DNA from: Okamejei kenojei
Taxonomy: Eukaryota
Direction: 5' to 3'
DNA length: 64,000 nucleotides
Assembly (NCBI GenBank): GCA_035221665.1
Contig: CM069137.1
Span: 43,896,001-43,960,000, forward strand
Shown here: piece by piece, positions 1 through 10,604 of the stretch
Numbering within the stretch: the stretch's first letter is position 1
Layout: each line of letters starts with the position of its first letter
Program-made: the position numbers and the translations under genes
Notes under the pieces: generated by a model
Told to the model about the DNA's origin: nothing
Database searches by the model: none
Seen by the model: only the letters and a program-made list of their open reading frames with translations

Positions 1-319
1 GGACAATTTCAAACATATTTAGCAAAGGAAATATAAAGGAATTTGGAAAAGACAAAGGGAATCTTGAAACAATGATATAATCTGGAAAACCTTTACTTTA
101 ATCAAGTTGTCCAAACAGTTCTAGGACTTAGTTAGAATGATAAGAAACCAAATTCAAGTTTAGTTAGGGCGCTCAATTAAGACATATTCTTAATATTCTT
201 GATAAGCTGGTATTTTATTCTATAGGTTAAAAATTAAAGTATACACAGAAATGATGAAGAACTCCTGAATGGCATTAAAACCAAATAATTATTAAGGTGT
301 GATTTCAATGGGTACAATC

Positions 320-830
320 ATTGTTCTTCTCCCTCCTTCATGGTGGTCCCCCCACACAGGGTCCTCCTTTGTTCCTCTTCCCGGCAGCGGCATCCTCACT
401 TCCATTTGATCCGTTGGTCGGTGCCATCATCGACCGCCACACCGACCTCTCCACTATAGCTGCCAGGTCCTCTCCGGACACCTCTTATGCACCGACCCAG
501 GCTCCAGCCGCGGACCCTGACCCACGTGGTTCCCGTGGGAAGCGGGCTTCGTGGCTTCTGTCGGCCGCGGGCTCTGACCCGCGAAGCTCTAGCCTTGGCT
601 TTTCCGTGGGTTCCCCATCGGCCATGGGCTCTGACCCACAGGCTCCGTGAACTCCACCGCCGCGCGCTCCGACCCGTGAGGCTCCGGCCTCAGCTTCTCC
701 GCGGCCCGCCGGGAGTTGTCTGCCGCTGTGGCCCGTTGGGAGGCATATTGTTGGAACAAAGGATCTTAGTTGTGGTTATTCATGTTGCTGATGCCATCTG
801 CTTCAACCTCTTCTGGACTTAGTTCCCGTT
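320..830. repeat. Unclassified GC/CpG-rich segment with imperfect internal repeats, probably TE-derived
   Basis: Abrupt GC-rich island in an AT-rich intron, with recurring gg(c/a)(t/c)ctgaccc units at about 511, 570 and 627. No recognisable protein. Confidence 0.35.
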
Positions 831-1489
831 GCATTAGTGAACTTGTAGGAACAATACTAGCATAGAACAATTTATAATGAATTGCCAAAATGTGCCATAG
901 CTAACAGTCCGTGTTACAATCCATGCTTTTTATATTATTTTGTGACGTGGTATTTCACAGTGATTAGTTATGAGCAGATACCATGTTAAATACATGTAAC
1001 TATGTACAGAAGCACGCATTTATATCTGATCCTAGATTGTCTTTTTGTTTTAGCTGTTTAGTTACTGCTTTTTCAAGCAGCAATTGTCTGCAAGTTAGAA
1101 TCTGAATATTGCCTTGTGCTTTCATTAACATCTTGAATACTGGCGGTTTTCATAATTTTTTGAGGCAAATTGAATAAAAGAAGTTCTATTTTGCCATGAA
1201 ATATTCATGAATTACAGGCCTTTTGTATTGACGTGGGTTACATTAAGTAGAAAACCTCTTTCCAAATTTCATGGGGGCAGTGGGAGGTCAGTTGTAATCA
1301 ATGTTTCTGTCAAGAACCTATGGCATTTGACTTGTTCCTATACCATAGAAATGTGTGAGTCATGGCTGATAGAAAGCATGACATTCAAATTAAAAGAAAA
1401 GATATATTTTACATCCTGAAAATATTTTAATTAGTTTGCAGATTTTAACATGGAGAATCATTAAACAACTAAGATAAATGAGGATAGTA

Positions 1490-1692
1490 AAGACTGCAGA
1501 TGCTGGAATCTGGAGTAAAATAAAACAAACTGCTTGAGGAACTCAGCGGTGAAGCAGCATCTGTGGTAGTAAATGGACAGTAGCGTTGAGACCAGTCCAA
1601 AGGAAAGGTCTCATCCCAAAATGCCGAATGTATTTTCTTCCACAGGTGCAGCCTGATTTGCTCAGTTCCTCCAGCACTTAGTATTTTCTGTG
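1490..1692. mobile_element. Fold-back (head-to-head) Penelope pseudo-LTR-derived short element
   Basis: Left arm gaggaactcagcggtgaagcagcatctgtgg is the imperfect reverse complement of right arm ccacaggtgcagcctgatttgctcagttcctc. Same tail as the hammerhead units at 3712 and 40711. Confidence 0.6.
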
Positions 1693-2179
1693 AAAACAAG
1701 AAAAAGCCAAACCGTAGAAATAGATTTACACTTACTTCACTCTTATTTTATAGGAGGTAATAAACTCCAGTAAATGTTAACCCAGTTGATCCAATCTGTC
1801 TCTACAAGTCAGGCATCAGTCTGGGTGTATTTGTTTTCATTTGAAATGCATGTAAATTGTTGGTAGAGTTTAGGAGATACATTGTTGTTTGTACGTGGTT
1901 TATTATCTGTTATAATGCCTAATAATTCTGAATTAAAGAGCTGACATTCAATCTTGACAGTTCTCACTTCTTCCCACGTGATTTTTGCTTATTTGTTCAA
2001 TAAAATCTGTGCATGATTTATATGGATCCTATTGCCAAAGCTAGGAAACGTAATAGCTAAAGCTGGGAAAGAAATACTGTGTAGATCACTGTAAAATGTA
2101 AAACCTTCTCGTGACGTGAAATAATACTTCAACGATTACACCATGTTGCAAGGTGGTAAAATAAGTTCTGTTTGATCTT

Positions 2180-2430
2180 GATCTCAGGGTGTGTGAAATT
2201 TTATGATTCTGTGATCAATGGATTTCCCCAATGCTCCAGTTTCCTCCCACATCCCAAAGATTAATTAGCTATTGTAAGTTGTCTTCATTTGAAATTGAAT
2301 GACAGTAGAATCGGAGCAAAGTGAACGTGTGAGACAATAGGTTACAGAAAAATAAGAAGGGAGTGAAACAGGTAATGTTCTGTGTGCCAGCATAGACTCA
2401 CTGGGACTTATGGTCTCCTATGTCATACTA
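2180..2430 (+). mobile_element. Old degenerate V-SINE (HE1-like)
   Basis: gtgtgtgaaattt...gatttccccaatgctccagtttcctcccacatcccaaaga resembles the V-domain of the SINE at 29217. Confidence 0.5.
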
Positions 2431-3269
2431 AACATTAGATAGATTTAAATGCCATGCAATTAAATAGTGGTAATACTAAACCAAGTTATTTCCTCAGCCA
2501 TTTCCTGTAAAGTTGAGAAATGAATAGTGGTAAGTCTGAAAAAGGGTCCTAACCAGAAACGTGTGTATCCATTTCTCGCCAGATACTGCCCAACACACGC
2601 AGCAGTTTGCATTTTACAACTAAATTGTGGTTCCACTTGACCATCTTTAATTATAATTTGAAACATTATTTAAATCTACATTTGCCTTTACATAAAAGAT
2701 GTAGCAAACGGAATCTCTCATGTTGGTTACATACATGCTACTATTCATGAAGTACTAAATGCAAATGATATGTCTGATTTAAGCTGCTATCATATTTCAG
2801 ATATGTTACACAATCAGCATGAAAAAAAACGTATTCCAAACTGATTTGAAGACTTACCCACCGCAAACAATGTCTTTGAAAGGGCAGCTGTGCTTTGAAA
2901 TGGAGCACGTCTATCTGAATAGATATTTTAGCAGCTTTTGGGCTACATTTTGGGCACACAGCGTAAAGAAGCACTAAACAGAACAAACAGGCTGTATCTA
3001 CTATATTTCACAAGCTAAGTATATAATCGCTTGTAAAGAAGAAAATCTTGCAAGGGAAAATTGTACGAAGAGAATCTACACCGTATAATGGTGTTCAGGA
3101 TGACATTTCTCTTTTTTATTTCATGCTTATATTTTCTTATGAAAAGAGGCCATCAATTCCATTTGAGTTTGTGATAGCTCTCGGATCATACCCTATCTCT
3201 GACATATTTCCTGTAACGTTTTCTTTAACATCCTCTTAAACTGTTTCCTGAATCTCTTGCATCCACTAT

Positions 3270-3450
3270 CCCCCTCACCCCTACTCCCTCTACACGCGGG
3301 GCAATTTGCAGAGGTAGTAAGTTACTATTGTATCTTTAGAATGTGGGAAACAGTAGGATGAACTTGGAGAAACCCACAAAGTCATAGAGAATACGCAAAC
3401 AGACATTTGCTGGAGCCATATGGCTGCTGCTTTAATTGCTGTGCCAGTAC
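3270..3450 (-). mobile_element. Old degenerate V-SINE (HE1-like)
   Basis: gaatgtgggaaac...ggagaaacccaca...gagaatacgcaaac...gctgtgcca matches the minus-strand SINE at 30891. Confidence 0.5.
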
Positions 3451-3711
3451 TGCCTCTATAAACTCATGTTTTGTGGGTCAGATTGATGGTCAGCTGGAAA
3501 AAAATGAATACAATTGTACATTGATTGATTTGCTTTGTTTTATTTTGTGATAAAAGTGTTAACACCTGGAAGTTGTGTTTGCCACTGTAATACCCCTGAA
3601 CATTTCAGTCAGAGACTGCCAAACTAAATGAGAGCAAAATTATTGATTCTGAATCTTGTTCCAGCAGCAGTTGAAAGTATAAATAAGGAGAAAAACTGAG
3701 TGCTAGTAACA

Positions 3712-3808
3712 CAGTCTGTAGAAGGGTCTTGACCCGAAACCTCACGCATTCCTTCTCTCAGGAGATGCTGCCTGTCCCGCTGAGATACTCCAGCATTTTG
3801 TGTCTACC
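3712..3808 (+). mobile_element. 97-bp Penelope-derived unit with a degenerate minimal hammerhead and an 11-bp TSD
   Basis: cagtCTGTAGAagggtcttgacccGAAACCTC...gatgctgcctgtcccgctgag, flanked by tgctagtaaca at 3701-3711 and 3809-3819. Confidence 0.75.
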
Positions 3809-5064
3809 TGCTAGTAACAGCGATTGATTTGGAGATACAAGTATTTTTTATACCATCACAACATTGTCCACCAACTGACTACCTTAAGTTACTTCAGGTT
3901 TGCTGGTCTCCCTTCACTTCAGCAAAGCAAATTCATAAAACAACGTAACTAAACAATAATCAAGACTGCATAGTCTCGTGCAGTCGCCTAAAAAGCCGCC
4001 TAAGTGGGACAGGCCCATTAGGATTTTTTTACCCTCAAAGTGTAGTAACGGAAAAGCACTTGGCACCTAAATTCACAGGATAATGGATCAAGAATTGTGA
4101 AGTGGGTCTCACCTAAATAGATTATTTACTTTGCTAACATGGGCATAGTGGGTTAAATTGTTGTCTTCCAGTATTATGTATCCTCATTTATATATCTTAG
4201 TATTTTGCAAGCATCACAGATTCAGAGGTGGAAGACTTTAGAGTTTTTATTGATTTTGCTGTGGTCAACCTTGAACAGCTGTAGGCCTTGGGAGCCCACT
4301 CCAATACGGGCCACAGCTGTGCATTACTAGCATGATTGCTGACAAAGTTATAGTAAGATAGATGTGATGTCGTACTTGGCAGTGATAGGTGGTACTTTCA
4401 TTTGGTTAATACCACTTTCATGGGAACATGCTTTAAAGTTTCTAATGATTTGTGCACAAACTCTAAGTTGTTGATTAACTGTCCCAAGTCAAGTTACCAG
4501 CCTATTGAGCTTGCATGTTCAGATTGGGTGCAACATAGTTTGCAAAAAACGTTTCCAACCAGGCGGAGCTTTTCTTTGTCATTTTCTACATCATTACTGG
4601 GTTAACTAACAACATACTACTTGTAAGTCTGTATCTGCTTCCTAGGGTAATCAGGATGGGAATTAAATCCGGTGTAGGCAGCTAGACCCTCATTCCATGA
4701 CAAAATGAAAATTGTTGCATCACCCACATTCCAAGAACAAATGAAGAAACAAGATTTGTTAGTGGGAGATGAACCTAATTATTACTATCCCTGATTGATC
4801 AAAGTTTCAACAATGGAGTAAATAAATCTTTGTGTATGTAAACCTGATATTCTCACGTTCCCAACACAATGCACAAAGAGAGATGACGTATTCTCTTTGG
4901 AGCTAGTAAACATTCAATTAATTGCCGTAGACTAAGATTAGATGACCACACGTTTTTAGTTGATAACTCCATGTGACCAATTGCCAATGAGTTGTGATGT
5001 ACATACTATAGTTCTAAGTCCTGAATGTGCACATATAAGCCTGCAATTACCAGTAATAATGTCA

Positions 5065-5792
5065 ATTATGTGCAAAGGGACTTGGGAGTGCTGGTGCTGG
5101 ATTCCCAAAAATTTGATCTGCAAGTCGAATTGGAAGTAAAGAAAGCAAACTCAATGCTATCATTTATTTCAAGAGGGCTTGTATACAAAAACAGGGATAT
5201 AATGTTGTTGCTCTATAGGTGCTGGTAAGACCGCATTTGGAATATTGTGAGCAATTTTGGGCACCATATCTGAGGAAGGATGTGCTGACTCTGGAGAGGG
5301 TCCAGAGGAGTTTTATAAGAATAATCCCAGGAATGAGTAGGTTAACCTATGATGAGTGTTTGTCGGCACTGGGCCTGTACTCACTGGAGTTTAGAAGAAT
5401 GAGGGGGGACCTCATTGAAACATACAGAAGAGTGAAAGGCATGGATAGAGTGGAAGTGGAGAGAATGTTCCCATTAGTGGGAGAGTCTAGAACTAGAGGT
5501 CATAGCCTTAGAATTAAAGGATGTTCTTTTAGGAAAGAGATGAGAAATTTATTTAGTCAGAGTGTGGTGAATCTGTTGAATTATTTTCCACAGAAGGCTG
5601 TGGAGGCCCAGTCAGTGGATATTTTTAAGGCAGAGATAGATAGGTTCTTGATTAATTCAGGTGTCAGAGGTAATGGGGAGAAGGCAGGAAGAATGGGGTT
5701 AGGAGGGTAAGATAGATCAGTCATGATTGAATGACGGAGTAGACTTAATGGGCTGAATGGCCTAATTGTGCTCCTATTCCTTATGACCTTAA
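5065..5792 (+). mobile_element. CR1 LINE 3' fragment (RT C-terminus plus 3' UTR)
   Basis: ORFs with VQRDLGVLV, VRPHLEYCEQFWAP, LERVQR, RRMRGDLIETY, SRTRGHSL (CR1 ORF2 C-terminus). Frameshifted. Confidence 0.9.
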
Positions 5793-5876
5793 GAATGTGT
5801 ATCAGCATTTAATTGTAACTTTGAAGTTCTACATTAAATAACTGATTTTAACTACTTATTGTGCTTTCATTTGTAG

Positions 5877-6115
5877 TTGATATAAGCACAGCACTGCCTC
5901 AAGTCCACACTAGTACACCAATGGATCTTCGGCTTGATCATCAGTTTTCAGTGTCAGCAGCCGATCCTAGTGTGCGAGAGCAGCAATTACAACAGGAACT
6001 GATTGCTCTGAAGCAAAAACAACAGATTCAACGGCAGCTTCTTATCGCAGAATTTCAAAGGCAGCATGAGCAGCTCTCACGACAACATGAAGCCCAACTA
6101 CAAGAGCACATAAAG
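5877..6115 (+). CDS. HDAC4: Class IIa histone deacetylase, internal coding exon (CtBP-binding PMDLR motif plus N-terminal Q-rich domain)
   Basis: Acceptor tttgtag|TTGAT at 5876/5877 and donor AAG|gtgacc at 6115/6116. Encodes [80 protein letters not shown], recognisably the HDAC4 N-terminus. Phase 1 to phase 0. Confidence 0.93.
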
Positions 6116-7169
6116 GTGACCCAAGATATTTTAAACAATGACCAATTCAAGCTGACCAATTCTTCCTTTTTATAATTCTAGCATATCCATTATAAACATA
6201 ATTTAAAAATATGTTTAGTTTGATCTTGTCATTTCAGATACTGTAATATATTGAGTTCAAATGTATATGCATTCCTGCATGTATTTTGTTTTTTTTAAAT
6301 AATTCTGCATTAATGTAGGAGGTCTTGTATATATATAATTATAGATGTAATTGTGAACAGACCCTACCAATATCTATTTCCTGTTCAATTTGTGCATATA
6401 CTTAATTTGGGGAACATTAATAAAGGCCCTGGAATTTATTGTATTGCTGCTGCAGTGTACTTTAATGCAAAGTAACAGACTTGCATTTTTTCAAAGATGC
6501 AGTGAGTTCCTAAGCTTTGCAAATATGAATTTGTATCCTTCGTTCTTCACGTTTGAACAGTTAGTTATATTCCAACTGCATCAAATGCGCAATTATAAAA
6601 GTGAAATTAGGAAAGCTAGTCATTTAGACTTTTTCTACCCATAAGATTATCTGCATAGGTTCTAAAATTATGAAGACAAATAAACAACTACCAAATTTCC
6701 ACTCAAGGTAAACAAATAGTGGAGTCAAAAGGGAAAACCAGGACTGTATTTGAATGTTACAAAGTGAAACATTGTTGATGTTAGAGAAAAGGAAGTAAAT
6801 GCAGATGGAGGAAATCGGAAATAAAAACAGAATGCTGGAGACACTCAATGAATCAGGCAGCATCTGTAGAAAACAAAATGAACATTTTGTATCACTAACC
6901 TTTCATCGGAACATTCTAATAAATGTGCTACCAGAATTTTGTCGTTACATATTTCCCTGTTTAACTTGTGAAGAAGAGTGGGTGGAAAGAAGATAAATAA
7001 TTTCATTGAATATTGCTGTTTTGTTTCCTCTGAAGAACTCGCAATTTTGCTTTCCTCTTTCCTTTAATTGTAATATTTTTGTCATTCCTCAAGTTCCCTT
7101 CACATTGTTGACATAAATACCAAATTCTCTATTTTTGCTTCGTAAACCTTCTCCAAACCAAATCTCTTC

Positions 7170-8250
7170 AATGGACTCTGTTAACTTCATCACTAACTTC
7201 CACCCTCCCCTCAAATTCCTCTGGACCATCTCTGACACCTCTCTCCCTTTTCTTTATCCCCGTCTCCAGCACAGGAGACAGACTATCCACTGGCGTATGC
7301 TACAAACCTACCCGACTCCTTCAGTTATCTGGGGTACATTTCTTCCCACCCTACCTCTTGCAAAGATGCTATCATCTACTCTCAATTCCTCCATCTCTGC
7401 CGCATCTGCTCCCAAGATCAGGTTTTCCATACAAGGACGTCTGAAATGTCCTCATTCTTTAGTGAATTTGGTGTTCCCCCTTCTGCATACTCACATGTAT
7501 TTCCTCTGTGTCCCATAGTTCTGATTTTGCTCCCCCTTCCCCGCATATGCAACAAGAACAGAGTTCCCCTGGTCCTCATCTTTTACACCACCAGCCTCCA
7601 CATCCAACACATCCTCTGACATTTCCGTCACCTCCAATGTGATCCCACCACCCGACATGTCCGCCCATCTCTACCTCTTTCCACCTTCCGCAGAGGCTGC
7701 TCACCCCTCAACTCCTTGGTTCACTCATCCAACCCCATCCCCAGGTACTTTCCCCTGCAACTGCCAGAGATGCAACACATGTCCTCATACCTCCTCCATG
7801 GACTGCATTCAAGGACCCGACAGAGGTTCACTTGCACCTCCTCTAACCTCATCAATTGCGTCCGATGTTCCCAATGTGGCCTCTTGTACATCGGCGAGAC
7901 CAATTGTAGACGTTGCGACAATTTTTTCGCTGAACACTTTTGCTCAATCCGCCAAGGCCCAGTGGAGATGCCGGTTGCTAACCATTCTAACTCCCCTTCC
8001 CATTGACATACCAACCTCTATTTCCTGTGGTCTTCCATTGCTTCTAATTAAATTAGAAGAACAAGACCTCATATTATGTTTGCATAGCTTTTAACACTCC
8101 TCCCCTCTTCCGGTCCGTCTGTTTCACCCTGCCCCTCCCGACCCAAAACATCATTTTCTTTAGAGATGCTGTCTGACCCACTTAGTTACTCCAGCATTTT
8201 GTAACTATCTTTGGGATAAACCAGCATTGGCAGTTCCTTTTTATTACACA
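7170..8250 (+). mobile_element. Penelope-like element fragment (RT end, GIY-YIG endonuclease, pseudo-LTR tail)
   Basis: NFITNFHPPLKFLWTISDTSLPFL; C-x2-C linker (PCNCQRCNTC); RFTCTSSNLINCVRCSQCGLLYIGET (GIY-YIG). Tail gatgctgtctgacc...actccagc at 8165-8200. Confidence 0.85.
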
Positions 8251-8344
8251 TTTCTTCAATGCCTGACCTCTTCACATGTAGCCCTGAGTAACTTTTCCAT
8301 ACACTTCAAAAGTATATTTGGAAATCTATCTATATGCCTGGTTA

Positions 8345-9460
8345 TAATATACTATTAAAAGTCTCATCTTGTATGCGTGTTGTATCTTCCTCAAAACATT
8401 ATGCGCTACCGCTTAAATTTTTACATATTCTAACTCACATTTTTCCCAAACACGCCCTACTCAGCTTCACTTAACATTTAATCCTATATTTCTCACGATT
8501 AAGTTATTCACGATTAAAGTTTAAAAAAAAAGCCAAAAAAACCTGACAGAGAGCCTTTTTTCAGCAGCTTCCAGTGATGATGTCACAATGCCACTCACAG
8601 TGCACCAATCACAATGGGCTCTCAAGCTGCCGAGTGCGACAATGACATCACAATGGGACATTGCCAACGGTAACCACAACAGAAAGAAAGGTTGCCAAAG
8701 GCAGGCCCTATCAGGGGGGGGGGGGGGGGGGGGCAACGAGTGTCTTTTGGAATGGGCCTCATGCCTGTCTGTTTCAAAGGGATCTTGATTTGGGGGCCTC
8801 TAAAATTGAGGGGCCTCTGCTTGATCTTGATTTGGGGGCCTCTAAAATTGAAATCGGCCAGGGCCTCAGTTCATCTATGAGAGGGCCTGGCCACAGCTTC
8901 CATCAAGGGAGAGAGTGAGAGAGAGAGAGAGAGAGATGGAGAGTGTTGCAGAGGGTTGGTTCATGGGCTCGTCGGCCTCCTGATTTTTCTGCGGTGAGGG
9001 AGAGACCATGTTCCACGTGTATATGGAGTGTGTGAGGTTGCTGCCCCTGTACAAATATCTGAAGGGGCTGCTCCTCAAGTTCTAGTTGCATTTTAGTCCC
9101 ACGATCCTGGTGTTTGGACACAAGGCAGGGAGTGGGGAGAGCCGATCGGGGGGGGGGATATCCCTGTCGGTTTCCAGGGCCTGGCCAAGATGCCCATTTG
9201 CGGGTCCAGGCAGTAGGCAGTCGATGGTCACACCAGAATCAGCTGCCTGCCCCTCTTCCGGGCCTACGTCTGTGCTCGCGTGTCCCTGGAGAGGGAACAC
9301 GCGGTGTCCACGGGGACGCTGGTCGCCGCGGGGGGAGGAGAATACTGCATGCTGCCAGAGGGAGAGAGAGCCCGCAACCCCCCTCCCCCCCCCCACACAC
9401 ATCGAGTCCACGCTGCCCGCCTCCCCCGCCCCCCGCATTAAGGCAATCACTTATTAACAA
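8345..9460 (+). mobile_element. Helitron-like non-autonomous element (partial), GC-rich body
   Basis: Head atactattaaaagtctcatcttg and following tacgc...tacatattc/gatgatgtcacaatg blocks resemble the element starting at 53100. Contains a 29-bp direct repeat at 8781-8809 and 8823-8851. No 3' CTAG end found. Confidence 0.45.
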
Positions 9461-10453
9461 CAAGAACACATGGATTTCATTGACTTTTCCCATAGCATAG
9501 TGTGCTACTGAACCCAGCACCAGAACACAAGCCAACTCTAGCTGCAGTGTGTACAATCTACAAAATACAAACCTACATTGGCAATCCCCATCCCCATAGA
9601 CCTAAAACTGTACCTTTTGAGAAGATTTGAACATGAAAATAATGGGCACAATAGTAGTGCAAGTTTCTTCCCAAATTGTGTGTCAACCAAACTTCAACAT
9701 AACATTGTTTCAGTCATAAGCAAAACATCTAATTCATAGAATTTCACAGCAAATACTATCTGGAAGAACCCTCAATAAAGATATCCATTGAGAAGATGCA
9801 TCACTGCTTACACAGGGCAATTAGTATTTGCCAATTAATATTGTCTTTCTAACATTGTTCACATTCTGATAAAGTAAACAAATCCATTTAAAATTATATA
9901 GGATGTGACTTTAGATTGGCCTCAGAGCTGATTGTGACTGGCTGCAATAGACCTGAATCAGCTGAGCCAATGTGTTAGCAATAGACAATAGGTGCAGGAG
10001 TAGGCCATTTAGCCCTTCGAGCCAGCAATTCAATATGATCCTGGCTGATCATGCAAAATCAGTACCGCATAGAATGGCAGAGTGACTGCAATTTAGAACA
10101 AGCAGATTTATTTCCTTCATTATCAATTGTAACATTGCTCCGATATACTTTTTACAGTTTCTTTTAATTATATAATTAAGTGAAGAATTGGAAAATTCTT
10201 GTTTCTGTAGACAATTTTTATTCTCAAGATTGGCATACCCAGCTAAACTAACAGAGATCAGAGAATTCAGATTTACATATTATAAAATAATTCCTGAAAC
10301 ATGAGAGCATTGGTCACCTATCTTAGTGTCCTACTGGAGTGTTCAAGCTGTGTTATTTTTAGTAACAATTCATTTGATGAGGGAAGGGTCAATTAAGCTA
10401 TCATTGATATTTGGGCATCAGTTGCTTACCTCGTTTTTTCCTTTAATTTTAAG

Positions 10454-10604
10454 CACCAACAGGACTTGCTTGCATTGAAACACCAACAGGAAATTTTGGA
10501 ACAACAGCGTAAATTGGAGCAGCATCGCCAAGAACAGGAAATAGAAAAAAAACACAGAGAACAAAAACTACTTCTGTTGAAGAACAAGGAAAAGGGAAAA
10601 GAAA
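10454..10604 (+). CDS. HDAC4: HDAC4 coding exon, Q-rich coiled coil continuation
   Basis: Acceptor ttttaag|CAC and donor GAAA|gtaaga. 151 bp, phase 0 to phase 1. Encodes [50 protein letters not shown](S). Not in the ORF track. Confidence 0.92.

Noticed and set aside
3975-4020. Possible MITE end (ctaagtgggacaggccc)
   Set aside because: Only one putative terminus is present and no partner TIR was found. Too short to classify.
5861-6175. 104-aa ORF as a stand-alone gene
   Set aside because: It is an HDAC4 internal exon plus intronic read-through. The splice sites and phases link it to the next exon.
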